DNA from: a virus | Lineage: Duplodnaviria > Heunggongvirae > Uroviricota > Caudoviricetes | Length of the DNA stretch: 64,000 bases | Virus record (IMG/VR): IMGVR_UViG_3300035659_000001 | Strand: one strand, 5' to 3' | Part shown: one piece after another, positions 40,829-51,070 of the stretch | Layout: each line of letters begins with the position of its first letter | Position numbering within the stretch: position 1 is the stretch's first letter | Position numbers and translations under genes: made by a program | Notes under the pieces: generated by a model | What the model was told of the DNA's origin: nothing | The model's input: the letters and a program-made list of their open reading frames with translations, nothing else | Databases searched by the model: none

Positions 40829-42385
40829 ATGAAACATTTAGCTACTATACAATTTGAATTTTTAAAATTAGCTCGTAAATGGGATGATTTATCGTTAGAA
40901 GAACAAAAGGGCTATTTATCTAGACATCCAAAAACAAAAAGAAGAATCACAGCTAAGCCTGAGCAAAGTCGAGACAATGAGTCATTACCTGAAAAATCAA
41001 CTGTTGAAATGAGTAGTTCTCTAGCTGAAAGAAAAATGCAAAGAGGTTTAGTAGTAAAAATCAAGAATAAATATTATAAGCTTGATGATAACGGCAAATT
41101 GTGGTCATCTAAATTTGAAAGCACTAATTGGACTGTTGATGAAGCTCAAGAAATACCGCAAGGTAGTGGAACAATTGAAATTATTGGTCCTCAATTACAA
41201 ACGTTTACTAAAACTGATAATGCATTTTTTAAAACAACGAAACCAATTCCTGCATGGGTTCAAACTGGCTATGCACCGTCGAATGAATTTTATGGTAATG
41301 CTCAAATTCAAAAAGCAATTTATGATCGTAAAATATTGCCTGAGGGAACGCCTATTTTAATTCTTGTAGGTGGTGATTTTGTAGGACCAATGGATAAAAG
41401 GCAAAAAGTTAGATTCACTGATCCAGCTGCAGATCCAGGATTATTTGAAAAAAATTATGCTTATGATGCTACAAAAGTTCAATTGCCATTATCTGCATTA
41501 GCTACAACTACGCCTTCAGGTCAAATTATTAAAAAGCCTGTAAAAATGGAATTGCCGCCATTACAGAAAAAAGATGAGAAAAAACCTAGTGAACTCTTGA
41601 AGATGCTATATCCTAAAGTATATCCTAAAGAAGAAGCACCTAAACAACCTGTTAAAGAGCAACAGCAAGAACCGAAAAATGTTGTGAGTCAAGCAACAAA
41701 TTTTATGAAGAATTTAAGTTTTACAGGTAAAGATGAAAGTAATGTTGATATTTCTAGAAGTGCAGATGGTGTAAGTGTGCGATCTATTAGCAAAAGTTTT
41801 AGATATTTGGGTAATTGGATATCTAGGCCTGGTGAAGAAGATGATGATTATCCAGAATTAGATCGTGATTCATATAATAAATTAAAACAGCAATTTACTG
41901 ATAAAGTAAAAGCACAACCTTGGTTTGATGAAAAGACTATGACACTTCAAGTGATACCTCAAGAAAAATCATGGTTAGATTTTCAAATAACATTTAATTC
42001 GTCAGAAAAGCTTGAGTCAATTGAACAAAAAATAGAAAAACCAATTGAATCAAAAACTGAACCAAAAGCAGAACTAAAGCCACAGCAAGTTGTAAGACCT
42101 GCAAAAAGTATGACAAAGTCTCAACTTATGAATCTTTTAAAAGAAGCTTTTATTGATGAACCATCTTATAGCAACAAAAAAGGCGGATTTGTTTTTAAAA
42201 GTGGCTATTTTTATAGACTGGGAGGAAGTCCTCAAAAACTTGCTGAAAGTGTAAAAGCTAAAACTACAGCTTTGGGATTAACGCCAAAAATAGTTGATAC
42301 AAGTGATAATTGGCATGCATGGCCAAAAGATAGTTGGTTTGAAGCTGTTGTGTCTTTTGATCAAATGAAATCTAAAGAAGAATAA
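40829..42385 (+). CDS. MKHLA-leader family protein 2 (multidomain)
   Basis: MKHLATIQFEFLKLARKWDDLSLEEQKGYLSRHPKTKRR. Confidence 0.8.
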   Translation: MKHLATIQFEFLKLARKWDDLSLEEQKGYLSRHPKTKRRITAKPEQSRDNESLPEKSTVEMSSSLAERKMQRGLVVKIKNKYYKLDDNGKLWSSKFESTNWTVDEAQEIPQGSGTIEIIGPQLQTFTKTDNAFFKTTKPIPAWVQTGYAPSNEFYGNAQIQKAIYDRKILPEGTPILILVGGDFVGPMDKRQKVRFTDPAADPGLFEKNYAYDATKVQLPLSALATTTPSGQIIKKPVKMELPPLQKKDEKKPSELLKMLYPKVYPKEEAPKQPVKEQQQEPKNVVSQATNFMKNLSFTGKDESNVDISRSADGVSVRSISKSFRYLGNWISRPGEEDDDYPELDRDSYNKLKQQFTDKVKAQPWFDEKTMTLQVIPQEKSWLDFQITFNSSEKLESIEQKIEKPIESKTEPKAELKPQQVVRPAKSMTKSQLMNLLKEAFIDEPSYSNKKGGFVFKSGYFYRLGGSPQKLAESVKAKTTALGLTPKIVDTSDNWHAWPKDSWFEAVVSFDQMKSKEE

Positions 42386-42407
42386 AATATTTACAAAGGA
42401 ATTTATT

Positions 42408-43574
42408 ATGAAACATTTAGCCAGTATCTTGAATGAATTCATTAAAATTGCAATTGAATCTGATTGGTGGAAAAAACTTGCACCAGAACAACAAAAAGAA
42501 TACATTAGACAACATAGACAAACAAAACTTAAGCCTGTTTTAACTGACGAACAAAAGCATACAAGAGAACTTTTGACGTCAATCCCAAAAGAATGGAAAA
42601 ATGAGTTAGTTAGACAACATGGTGCAGGAGAATCATCAAAGATTGAACAACTTCCTGACGTATTAAAACCTAGACAATTAAAAAATTTATTTGATGGAAC
42701 AAACATAAAAGCTATTATTGGTTTTAAAGCAGGCACGCCAATTACAGAAAAAGTACCAATATTTTATATTAAACCTGCTTACGAAAAAGATAAATTTGAA
42801 GCTCAAATTCTTAAAGAAGACAACTCTGTTAAACCCATTACTAAAACTGTTACTAAAAACAATAGACGTAATCGTTATAATCCAACTTTTAGTTATCAAA
42901 AAAGAGATTTAAGAATGACGAATATTGTTGAATCACTTCCTGATCAAGCATACACGGTTTTTGCTATTAGATCAGACGAAGAGAGATCAAAGATTCATCA
43001 AATGCGTGAAACGACAAAATCAACGACTAATATTCGTGACATTGAATTGAAATTAATATCAAATACAATCAAACCAATGTATGACTTTTATAAAACAAAA
43101 TTAGAAGATAACATCAGCAAACTTTCACAGCAAGCAGTACCTTCATTTGAAAGTGTTATAAGTGGTGTTAATGACATGAATGAATTGCCTGTAGTAAAAA
43201 ACACTATGGATACTATTAGTCAATTAAATAATAAATTGTCAAATTTGTCGTCAGATGTGTCAGCTTTTAAATATTATCATTTGCCCTCTCAAGGAAAATT
43301 ACTTTCTGAAAACAAATATGAAATTAAAGGTTTCTTAAATAAAGTTAAAGAAATAAAGAACAAGTATGTGCAAGATAGAAAAACTTTAATAGTAGATTTG
43401 TTAAAACGTAATCAAATTGATGAAGCGAACAAACAATTACAAGAATTTGATAGTAATGATCCTACTATTCAAGCGTCTTTAAATTTTATGAACACATTAA
43501 AAGAAAAGAAAAGAAATAATCAGCCTTATAATGAAGAATTAGCTCAAATTAAATCTTCACTTTCATGGCATTAA
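42408..43574 (+). CDS. MKHLA-leader family protein 3
   Basis: MKHLASILNEFIKIA..WWKKL..EQQKEYI..H. Confidence 0.8.
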   Translation: MKHLASILNEFIKIAIESDWWKKLAPEQQKEYIRQHRQTKLKPVLTDEQKHTRELLTSIPKEWKNELVRQHGAGESSKIEQLPDVLKPRQLKNLFDGTNIKAIIGFKAGTPITEKVPIFYIKPAYEKDKFEAQILKEDNSVKPITKTVTKNNRRNRYNPTFSYQKRDLRMTNIVESLPDQAYTVFAIRSDEERSKIHQMRETTKSTTNIRDIELKLISNTIKPMYDFYKTKLEDNISKLSQQAVPSFESVISGVNDMNELPVVKNTMDTISQLNNKLSNLSSDVSAFKYYHLPSQGKLLSENKYEIKGFLNKVKEIKNKYVQDRKTLIVDLLKRNQIDEANKQLQEFDSNDPTIQASLNFMNTLKEKKRNNQPYNEELAQIKSSLSWH

Positions 43575-43582
43575 ATAAATAT

Positions 43583-43642
43583 GGGGGTGTCAGGTTTCGA
43601 CACAAGATGAGAAATATAAAGTGCATGTAGAGGATTGTCGTT
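43583..43642 (+). ncRNA. ssrA: tmRNA 5' fragment (rest not found)
   Basis: GGGGGTGTCAGGTTTCGAC...GTGCATGTAGAG fits the tmRNA 5' consensus; runs straight into the stop of a convergent gene. Confidence 0.7.
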
Positions 43643-43643
43643 A

Positions 43644-44387
43644 TTACAAAACTTCAATACCATAGTATTTTGCATCACTTTTAAGAATATCTAAGTTAAT
43701 ATTTAAAAAAGACGAAATTAATGTTTTATATTCGCCTTTTATTTGAAAACTCTTCATTCTAAATATATTTTCACTTGTCAATATACAAATGACATCTCTA
43801 GCATAAATTTTAGTACGTCCAGTATCATTTATCATGCTACCTATAGTAATACTATCATTTATAAAACAAAACTCCATATTCATTGTGTCATTATATCGTA
43901 CTACAAAATAATCATAAGGAACATATTTAGCAGTATCAGACAATAATGGAAATATAAAACTAAATGTATAATTAGTGTCTTTAAAAGTTCCAGTTATATT
44001 TTTCAACCACAATATGTTGTCAAATCGTTTAGAACATCTTTTAATAATAGACGGCTTACTCTTATATACATTAATATTCACATCACAAGGACTAAGCCAC
44101 CAAGAACTTGAAATGTTTAATTGAGCTTTATATGAACTATCAGTTTTATTACTAAATAATAAATTTGAATAATAACCATATTTATTAGTATCAGACACTG
44201 ACTGTGTCCATAAAAAAAGTTTCAAACCTTTTTTTATATTAACTGTTTGTGATATAATACTATTGTTACCATTAGCATCATTAAATTGCCATGTAATAGA
44301 ATATTTTCCGGGTTTAGATAATAAAGTATCTGAAAATACTATATTACTAATAACAAAATTTGTCAATATAATTAATAGATAGCGCAT
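43644..44387 (-). CDS. secreted protein with HYR-like N-terminal segment
   Basis: Signal peptide; DTLLSKPGKYSITW.F.D.NGN shared with its neighbour. Confidence 0.6.
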   Translation of the reverse strand: MRYLLIILTNFVISNIVFSDTLLSKPGKYSITWQFNDANGNNSIISQTVNIKKGLKLFLWTQSVSDTNKYGYYSNLLFSNKTDSSYKAQLNISSSWWLSPCDVNINVYKSKPSIIKRCSKRFDNILWLKNITGTFKDTNYTFSFIFPLLSDTAKYVPYDYFVVRYNDTMNMEFCFINDSITIGSMINDTGRTKIYARDVICILTSENIFRMKSFQIKGEYKTLISSFLNINLDILKSDAKYYGIEVL

Positions 44388-44956
44388 TAGTTTATTGTAG
44401 TGTCTAGCAGTATTTGTATTATTCTTCCAGTTATAGTATCTCCACCAACACCTCCTCCACTACAATTATCTAAAGCTTTAGGACACTTTAAAGTATATGT
44501 TGAGTCTACTGTAATAGTGGGTAAAGGATTAACAATAGAAACAGGAGGAATAGTATCTTTAACTCTAACAATTTGACTCTGATAAGATTTATTTTTACCA
44601 TCATCATAATACCATGAAATAATAAAAGTGCCCTGTTGATTATAAAATAAAGGACTTACTGTCTTACCTTTAATAACTCTTTTAAAAAAACGATCATACG
44701 CTGTCGGCGTATCTGTAACTGTTATAGAACATTGCGCTTTAATAGTATCTAATGGAATTTTCTGAGGAATCGGTGCTGAGGTGTCTTTTATAAAAACAAT
44801 TTGAAGAACTGTCGCAGTGTTTCCATTTAAATCATCAAAACCCCATGTAATTGAATATTTACCTAATTTTGATAATAAAGTATCTGTGAAAGCAAACAAA
44901 TTACTAACACTTACTATTAATGTAAGCATAAACAACGCAATTACTTTAGAACGCAT
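44387..44956 (-). CDS. secreted HYR/Ig-like repeat protein
   Basis: Signal peptide ending LFA; DTSAP, PTAYD, G...I.W.YDDG, KDTIPP, P.A.DNCSG. Confidence 0.65.
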   Translation of the reverse strand: MRSKVIALFMLTLIVSVSNLFAFTDTLLSKLGKYSITWGFDDLNGNTATVLQIVFIKDTSAPIPQKIPLDTIKAQCSITVTDTPTAYDRFFKRVIKGKTVSPLFYNQQGTFIISWYYDDGKNKSYQSQIVRVKDTIPPVSIVNPLPTITVDSTYTLKCPKALDNCSGGGVGGDTITGRIIQILLDTTIN

Positions 44957-44976
44957 ACAACCCCCAATTTAAAATG

Positions 44977-46428
44977 TTATTCTTTACATATAAAATTCTC
45001 AAATGACCACATATTTTTACTCATTTGTGAACTTGGATTTTCTTTAAAATATTGATAAAAATCATTCACCGGAGTCCAACTTGATTCAGTTGAAACAAAT
45101 TTACCTAAATATGGTTTAGCTATCTTTAAAACATACTCATACGGTAAATCTTCAGGCACACAGACACCTTTATTAGGATTATCAATCATCCATAATATAG
45201 CTGCAATAGCTCCTATTGCAACTTGCACTGTCGTTGCACTTTGATGCTTAACTAACTTTCTTGCACTATTTATATCTAAAATACTTCCTGTCCACCATGA
45301 ATTATATTTATGACCCATTATCAAAGCACCAAGTCTATCCTCACCACTTACAATTTCATTATTCATTATTCTCAACTTAGATTGCATCTTATAATTGTTA
45401 CAACGAAATTCTTGTAATGATGCAATTGTACTATCACATGGTAAATATACATAATGAACAGTTGGTCTGTAAACAATTTTATTATTCTCGCTAACAGTTA
45501 AATACTTTGAAATAGTATAAGCTTCACCATGTCTCACAAGCATTCCAGTAATATTTTGATTTGGCACCCATGATTTTACATTGACATTTATACCCATCTT
45601 AGCTAAAAAAATCTTATTTTTATCTCCATATTCAGGTACATAAGCATTTAATGGAATAGCATCTTCATGAGTGCCCCACCCTAATTCAGCACAAGCTGTA
45701 CCTTCTTCTCTAAATCCTTCAAGACTCCAAGTACCGACAAATTCATCAACTAGCTTAGGCTTATTTGTTATTTGAGTATCTCTTTCACTACAATGAATAA
45801 CTTTGACGCCCAATAATCTTGCTAATAATGGAAATTTTATTTTTTCGTTTTTACTCAATATATCAATAATACTATTTTTATTTGTCATTGTTGAATCACA
45901 TAACATTTGATTAGCAATGTCAACTAAGCCTTGCTTAACGAAACTTGATATCAATCCTGGGTTAGCACCGTGTTCAATAATAGCAGTTGTAGAATTCTTA
46001 TTCCATGAATTAATCATCATCTGCAACTTATGATGTCTATAATATAATGATTTTTTGTCAATTGTACAACCAAATAAATCTTCTGTATCCCATACTTCAG
46101 TGGACGTATTTAAATACATCACACTATTATCATGACACCATTTTACAATGTCATTACAATCTATACTATAACCCAAATCAACTAATATATCATTAGACTT
46201 TACATACTTTGATAATATATCGTTGATATTTTCTTGCGCGATTTTTTCTTTTATGTATGTTAAACCACAAATTGTAAATTTTTCGAGGTCTTCACTTTTA
46301 TCTTGAAAATCAATGATTGTGACTCTGTCCACTGTTATGTCTACGTGCTTTAGTAATAATGGTAGAAAACATTGTGAGACAGAGCCGTAGCCAATTACGA
46401 TGATTCGATTTGCAAATTTTATCTTCAT
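44977..46428 (-). CDS. hss: homospermidine synthase
   Basis: GYGSV, HGANPGLIS.FVK, IHCSERDTQ, EFVGTWS.EG, HGEA, RPTVHY.Y.PC, W.GS.L, AT..QVA. Confidence 0.93.
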   Translation of the reverse strand: MKIKFANRIIVIGYGSVSQCFLPLLLKHVDITVDRVTIIDFQDKSEDLEKFTICGLTYIKEKIAQENINDILSKYVKSNDILVDLGYSIDCNDIVKWCHDNSVMYLNTSTEVWDTEDLFGCTIDKKSLYYRHHKLQMMINSWNKNSTTAIIEHGANPGLISSFVKQGLVDIANQMLCDSTMTNKNSIIDILSKNEKIKFPLLARLLGVKVIHCSERDTQITNKPKLVDEFVGTWSLEGFREEGTACAELGWGTHEDAIPLNAYVPEYGDKNKIFLAKMGINVNVKSWVPNQNITGMLVRHGEAYTISKYLTVSENNKIVYRPTVHYVYLPCDSTIASLQEFRCNNYKMQSKLRIMNNEIVSGEDRLGALIMGHKYNSWWTGSILDINSARKLVKHQSATTVQVAIGAIAAILWMIDNPNKGVCVPEDLPYEYVLKIAKPYLGKFVSTESSWTPVNDFYQYFKENPSSQMSKNMWSFENFICKE

Positions 46429-46497
46429 ACATCTCCTTTCATATTCAATATAAATAAATTGATTAGTGAGATACTAATTAAAAATCAGTTTTCTGTT

Positions 46498-47679
46498 TTA
46501 AACAGACTTAAATTCCCTACTCTCCATAGGTACATATATTCCATTACACTGACCTACATGCTTAATCGTCTTTGCTGCTTTAACATCTCTATCTTCTACT
46601 AAACCACAACTACACTTATACACTCTATCACTCAATGCTATCTCGTTAATATTACCACACATGTAGCACATTTTAGTTGACGGAAACCATTTGTCTATAA
46701 CAAAAACGTTTTTGTTATATTTCAGTTTTGACTTAACTAATCCCATACAACTATGTTGCACAAACTTACCATACTTCTTGTGCCATTCGTGTAATTGCTC
46801 ATCTTGAATGTATATTTTATTGTAGTTTACTGATAAATAATTAACAATTTTATTGGTAGCATCTTTTTTTCTATTTGTATTATGTTCATATTCTCTTTTA
46901 ATCTTTATACAAGTTTTGTATCTATTGTTTGAACCCTTAATTTGTTTTGCTAATTTTTGTTGCAAGCGTTTAAGTCGTTCAGTTTCTTCAACAAACACAT
47001 TAAATATCTCACCATCAGATGTCACTAAATTATTCTTTATACCAAAATCAATTCCTACATCTCCTTTCACTTTATTTTTTATCATTTCTGGTTTAATAAA
47101 TTCATAACAAATTAATTTAATATAATAGCCTGAAGCTTTTTGTATCAATTTAGCATTTGCTATTTCATAACTTTCTTTTATTTGTTTTAACCCATACACT
47201 ATCAACGGCTTTTTTATGCCATTGATTTTTATTTTGTTTTTTGATATTATTTTATGTGTCACATTATATTGTGACAAGTCTATACTATTGTACGACGACT
47301 TAAATTTTAATCGTCCAACTTTAGTACCATTATTTTTGACTTTTGTTAATGTATGAATATTTTGATGTAATATTTTTACTACATCTTGTTTGTTTTTAGC
47401 TGGTAGATATTTTAGTTCTTTTTGTTCCAATTGTTTGTCTTTATTTAGAATAGTAATTGTAGCAATTTTAGAACTAATACTAAATGGGTCTTTTTGTGAA
47501 AGTATAAAATTATAAAGCCATTTAGCTTCAGTAAAGAACATTTTTAATGAAGTTGATTGTGTTTTATTTAATTTTGAATAATCAATTTTAAGCTCTATAC
47601 TTTTACAACGTTGAGTTTGTCGTTTTAATCGAGTTAATTTTAAAGTCTCTTTTGCTTTTTCTATTTTTGCTTTATTCAT
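46498..47679 (-). mobile_element. tnpB: TnpB RNA-guided endonuclease (IS200/IS605/IS607-type), no TnpA adjacent
   Basis: GIDFGIK, IQDE, PSTK.CY.CG..C.CG..DRDV.AA. Confidence 0.9.
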
Positions 47680-47786
47680 TTATATAATAGCTTATATATA
47701 AATAAAGTATTACATTAAATTTTCTAATATATTTATATTACGCAAATATAAAAGGTTCATGAACTAACAAGCGAGGTAAACAAAAC

Positions 47787-48371
47787 ATGAAGCATTTAGC
47801 TACAATACAAAGTGAGTTTTTAAAACAAGCACGTAGTTGGGATGATTTGTCAATAGAAGAACAAAGAGAATATCTCAACGAACATAGAAAAAGCAAAAAA
47901 AGATTAACTGCTGGACCAAAGAAACCTGATTTTTGGTTATGGATTCGTGGCAAAAAATTTAGAGACTCTGTTACTCATAAAGAAACACCTTTCATTTTAT
48001 TGCCTACAGATCAAAAAGCTGCAATTAGAAAACAATACGACGATGAAGAAGAAAAAAGAATACAACAAACTAAAGAAAAATTTGAAGAAGATCAAAAATT
48101 AAGACAAGAGAACGAAGAAAAGCGAAAAGAAAATGCAAAGTCGCCAAGTCATAGAGACTATAAATGGACACAATCAAGATTACAAAAACTTACTAAATTA
48201 TTTGGTGATGATGCTAAGAGAGATTTAGGTAAGCAAGCTTTCGAAGATAGTGTTCATGATTTAGCTCAAGGATTTTTGTATGATCATCCTGGCGTAAAAA
48301 CATATTTAAAAAGAGAAGGTATTGAAGAACCATATCAACTTGAATATATAGCAGATATGATTTATAATTAA
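47787..48371 (+). CDS. MKHLA-leader family protein 4
   Basis: MKHLATIQSEFLKQARSWDDLSIEEQREYL. Confidence 0.8.
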   Translation: MKHLATIQSEFLKQARSWDDLSIEEQREYLNEHRKSKKRLTAGPKKPDFWLWIRGKKFRDSVTHKETPFILLPTDQKAAIRKQYDDEEEKRIQQTKEKFEEDQKLRQENEEKRKENAKSPSHRDYKWTQSRLQKLTKLFGDDAKRDLGKQAFEDSVHDLAQGFLYDHPGVKTYLKREGIEEPYQLEYIADMIYN

Positions 48372-48379
48372 GGAGTATC

Positions 48380-48862
48380 ATGAAACATTTAGCAACTATT
48401 CAAACAGAATTTACTAAATTAGCTCATAAATGGGATGATCTTTCTTTGGATGAACAACGACAATATCTCAAACGTCATCCAAAAACAAAAAGAAGACTCA
48501 CAGCAAGACCAAAAGGCACATCTCATACTACAAACTTTAATCCTGAACAAAAAACTGTTCAAGCTTTCTGGGATAACAAACAAAATTTTGCTAAACAATA
48601 TTTAACAAATATAGGTGAAATATTAAAATCTTCTTTTCCAAACGTTAAATTGTCTGAAATTGAAAATGAGTCTAATGCATTTGGTGAAATAAAAATAGTT
48701 AAATTTAGTGAACCTATAAGCATTGGCTCTTCTCATTATGACATTGGTATAAATCTTGACTATCCAAAAATTAGATGCAAAAATATAGAAAGTAATACAA
48801 ATCTTGATAGTCAACAACCAATTTCTTTAATTAACAAAATAAAGAAACTCTCAAAAGGTTAA
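48380..48862 (+). CDS. MKHLA-leader family protein 5
   Basis: MKHLATIQTEFTKLAHKWDDLSLDEQRQYLKRHPKTK. Confidence 0.8.
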   Translation: MKHLATIQTEFTKLAHKWDDLSLDEQRQYLKRHPKTKRRLTARPKGTSHTTNFNPEQKTVQAFWDNKQNFAKQYLTNIGEILKSSFPNVKLSEIENESNAFGEIKIVKFSEPISIGSSHYDIGINLDYPKIRCKNIESNTNLDSQQPISLINKIKKLSKG

Positions 48863-48865
48863 AAA

Positions 48866-49564
48866 ATGAAACATTTAGCTACAATACAAAGTGAGTTTTT
48901 GAAACAAGCTCGTAAGTGGAATGATCTTTCATTAGAAGACCAAAAAGCTTATTTGAAAAGACATCCAAAAACTAAAAGAAGACTGACAGCAAGACCAAAA
49001 TCTGCTCCTAAATCTGGAGTTTATGATTCAGAAACGCAAACAGATGAAATTGACAAGTTCATACAAAAATTTAGCGATAAATATGATAGTGCTATAGAAA
49101 TATGGATGTCAGATGAAAACAAACAAAAATTATATAAAATGTATAAGTCTGGCAAATACAATTTCAAAAGCGTTATACAAGACACAGATGATTTCATAAC
49201 TTGGGTTGATAATTCTAGTAATATTGATCAATTTATTAAAAACAAAAAAGACAAAGGCTGGCAATTATTTGATAGTGAAAATAATATGGATCAACACGAA
49301 TTTATTTTTTATAAAACAAAATCTAAAATTGAAGATCCACATACTGTTACATTAGATACTGTTTTTAGTTCACAAAAAGATGAACAACGTATGAAAAGTC
49401 AAGCTGAAAAAAACGGCGTTTCTGTCAAAATGACAAATGATAGAGCAACGCTTAAAGGTCCTAAAGACAAACTAATCAAAATCATTAATAAATTTTATGA
49501 TGACGGTAGTGGTGATTTATCCCATTTACATAATCTTATAAAACCATTAAAGAAAAATAAGTAA
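48866..49564 (+). CDS. MKHLA-leader family protein 6
   Basis: MKHLATIQSEFLKQARKWNDLSLEDQKAYLKRHPKTK. Confidence 0.8.
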   Translation: MKHLATIQSEFLKQARKWNDLSLEDQKAYLKRHPKTKRRLTARPKSAPKSGVYDSETQTDEIDKFIQKFSDKYDSAIEIWMSDENKQKLYKMYKSGKYNFKSVIQDTDDFITWVDNSSNIDQFIKNKKDKGWQLFDSENNMDQHEFIFYKTKSKIEDPHTVTLDTVFSSQKDEQRMKSQAEKNGVSVKMTNDRATLKGPKDKLIKIINKFYDDGSGDLSHLHNLIKPLKKNK

Positions 49565-49665
49565 CATTTCTACGCTTTTTGACGTGAATATATTTTTGAG
49601 AATAATTGTACACTTTGATGAAAATGTAATATATTATTACCATAAGATAAGACTTAAAAATTTAG

Positions 49666-49700
49666 AAAGCTCCGTTGGACAACCACCGGAGCTTTTTTTT
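49666..49700 (+). terminator. rho-independent terminator
   Basis: AAAGCTCCG.TGG-ACAA-CCA.CGGAGCTTT + T-run. Confidence 0.8.
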
Positions 49701-49703
49701 GCT

Positions 49704-50588
49704 ATGTATAAATGTTATATTTGCAATAAAATGTTTGAAAAATATGATCAATTAGGTGGTCATATATCTGGTAAGCACAATGAAAGTGCAAGAAGACAAA
49801 GAGTATTATCAAGAATTAAAGAAAGAATATTTGTTTTTAAAATATGTAAAAAATGTGGCAAATTATTCAAAGTAAAAAGAACTGTTAATAAAGAGGGATT
49901 GCAACATATATCAAAAAGGGAACGAAATTATTGCAGTAATCAATGTTCAAAAAGCAGACAGTTGACGGCTGAAACAAAATTAAAAATTTCAAAATCATGT
50001 ACTGGTAAACAGTCGCCCAGAAAAGGAATAACGACAAAGATTAAAGTTTTTAAGTATTGTTTAAATTGTAAAAAACAGATTAAATTAAATTCAAAATATG
50101 GATATTGTATTCATTGTATAGGTAATGCAAAGGAATTATGTAAAAAGCAATCTGATATATTAAAAGAAGCATATAAAAATGGTAGAAAAATTTATGGTGG
50201 TAACAGAGCTAAATGGTACAAATATAAAGACATAAAAGTTCAAGGTACGTTCGAACTAAGAGCATGTTATATACTTGATGCCATGAAATTAGCAGGATTA
50301 ATTAAAGATTGGAATTATACAAATGATAGAATTAAATATTTTGATGAAAATAATAAGCAACGATCATATCTATTTGATTTCAAACTTATTAATTTAGATA
50401 ATTCAATAAATTATATTGAAGTTAAAGGGTATATAAAATCGTTAGATAAGATAAAATGGAAAGCTGCTGAAGAACAAAATTATATATTGAAAGTTTGGCA
50501 GTTTAAAGAATTAAAACAATATGAAAATCAATTTAATATCAAACGATTTAAATTGATTAAAAGATCTTTGAAATCTCGGATAGAATAG
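49704..50588 (+). CDS. zinc-finger + TnsA-like PD-(D/E)XK homing endonuclease
   Basis: YKCYIC..H...H, several CxxC; QGTFE, YLFDF, YIEVKG. Confidence 0.75.
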   Translation: MYKCYICNKMFEKYDQLGGHISGKHNESARRQRVLSRIKERIFVFKICKKCGKLFKVKRTVNKEGLQHISKRERNYCSNQCSKSRQLTAETKLKISKSCTGKQSPRKGITTKIKVFKYCLNCKKQIKLNSKYGYCIHCIGNAKELCKKQSDILKEAYKNGRKIYGGNRAKWYKYKDIKVQGTFELRACYILDAMKLAGLIKDWNYTNDRIKYFDENNKQRSYLFDFKLINLDNSINYIEVKGYIKSLDKIKWKAAEEQNYILKVWQFKELKQYENQFNIKRFKLIKRSLKSRIE

Positions 50589-50605
50589 CTAAGAACATAA
50601 ATTAT

Positions 50606-50678
50606 GGTGTAGATAGTTCAGCGGCTAGAACGCTTGGCTGTGAACCAGGAAACCTCAGTTCAACTCTGAGTTTACACC
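50606..50678 (+). tRNA. tRNA-His(GUG)
   Basis: Cloverleaf with G-1, loop CT-GTG-AA, C73. Confidence 0.9.
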
Positions 50679-50704
50679 CTTAATTTTTAATAGTTAATCA
50701 ATAC

Positions 50705-50779
50705 GGGACATTGGTCTAGTTAAGTTAAGACACTGCACTGTCACTGCAGAAATCAGGGATGCAAATTCCCTATGTCCCG
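50705..50779 (+). tRNA. tRNA-Asp(GUC)
   Basis: CTGCA-CTGTCAC-TGCAG; T-loop TGCAAAT. Confidence 0.88.
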
Positions 50780-50792
50780 CTTTAATATACTT

Positions 50793-50866
50793 AGGCGTAT
50801 GGCTCAATTGGGACAGCATCAGTTTCCAAAACTGACATTTTCGCAGTTCGAATCCGTGTGCGCCTG
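50793..50866 (+). tRNA. tRNA-Trp(CCA)
   Basis: TCAGT-TTCCAAA-ACTGA; imperfect T-stem. Confidence 0.85.
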
Positions 50867-50871
50867 TAAAT

Positions 50872-50946
50872 GCGAGCGTAGCATAGAAGTCATGCTCTTG
50901 CCTTCCAAGCAAGCACACATCGGTGCGAATCCGATCGCTCGCTCCA
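50872..50946 (+). tRNA. tRNA-Gly(UCC)
   Basis: CTTGC-CTTCCAA-GCAAG; encoded CCA. Confidence 0.9.
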
Positions 50947-50961
50947 ATTTTATTAGTTTAT

Positions 50962-51035
50962 GACCCAGTAGTGTAGCTGGTTAACACGACACATTTTCAA
51001 TGTGTAAATCGCCTGTTCGATCCAGGTCTGGGTTA
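50962..51035 (+). tRNA. tRNA-Glu(UUC)
   Basis: ACACA-TTTTCAA-TGTGT; GTTCGA T-loop. Confidence 0.88.
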
Positions 51036-51070
51036 TTAAACTTTAACATTTATTTATAAGTTCATATCTT

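Noticed and set aside
50694-50963. ORFs at 50694-50918 and 50772-50963 (likewise 54491-54751, 62999-63250 and the 5' part of 56357)
   Set aside because: They overlap clear tRNA genes and are shadow ORFs.
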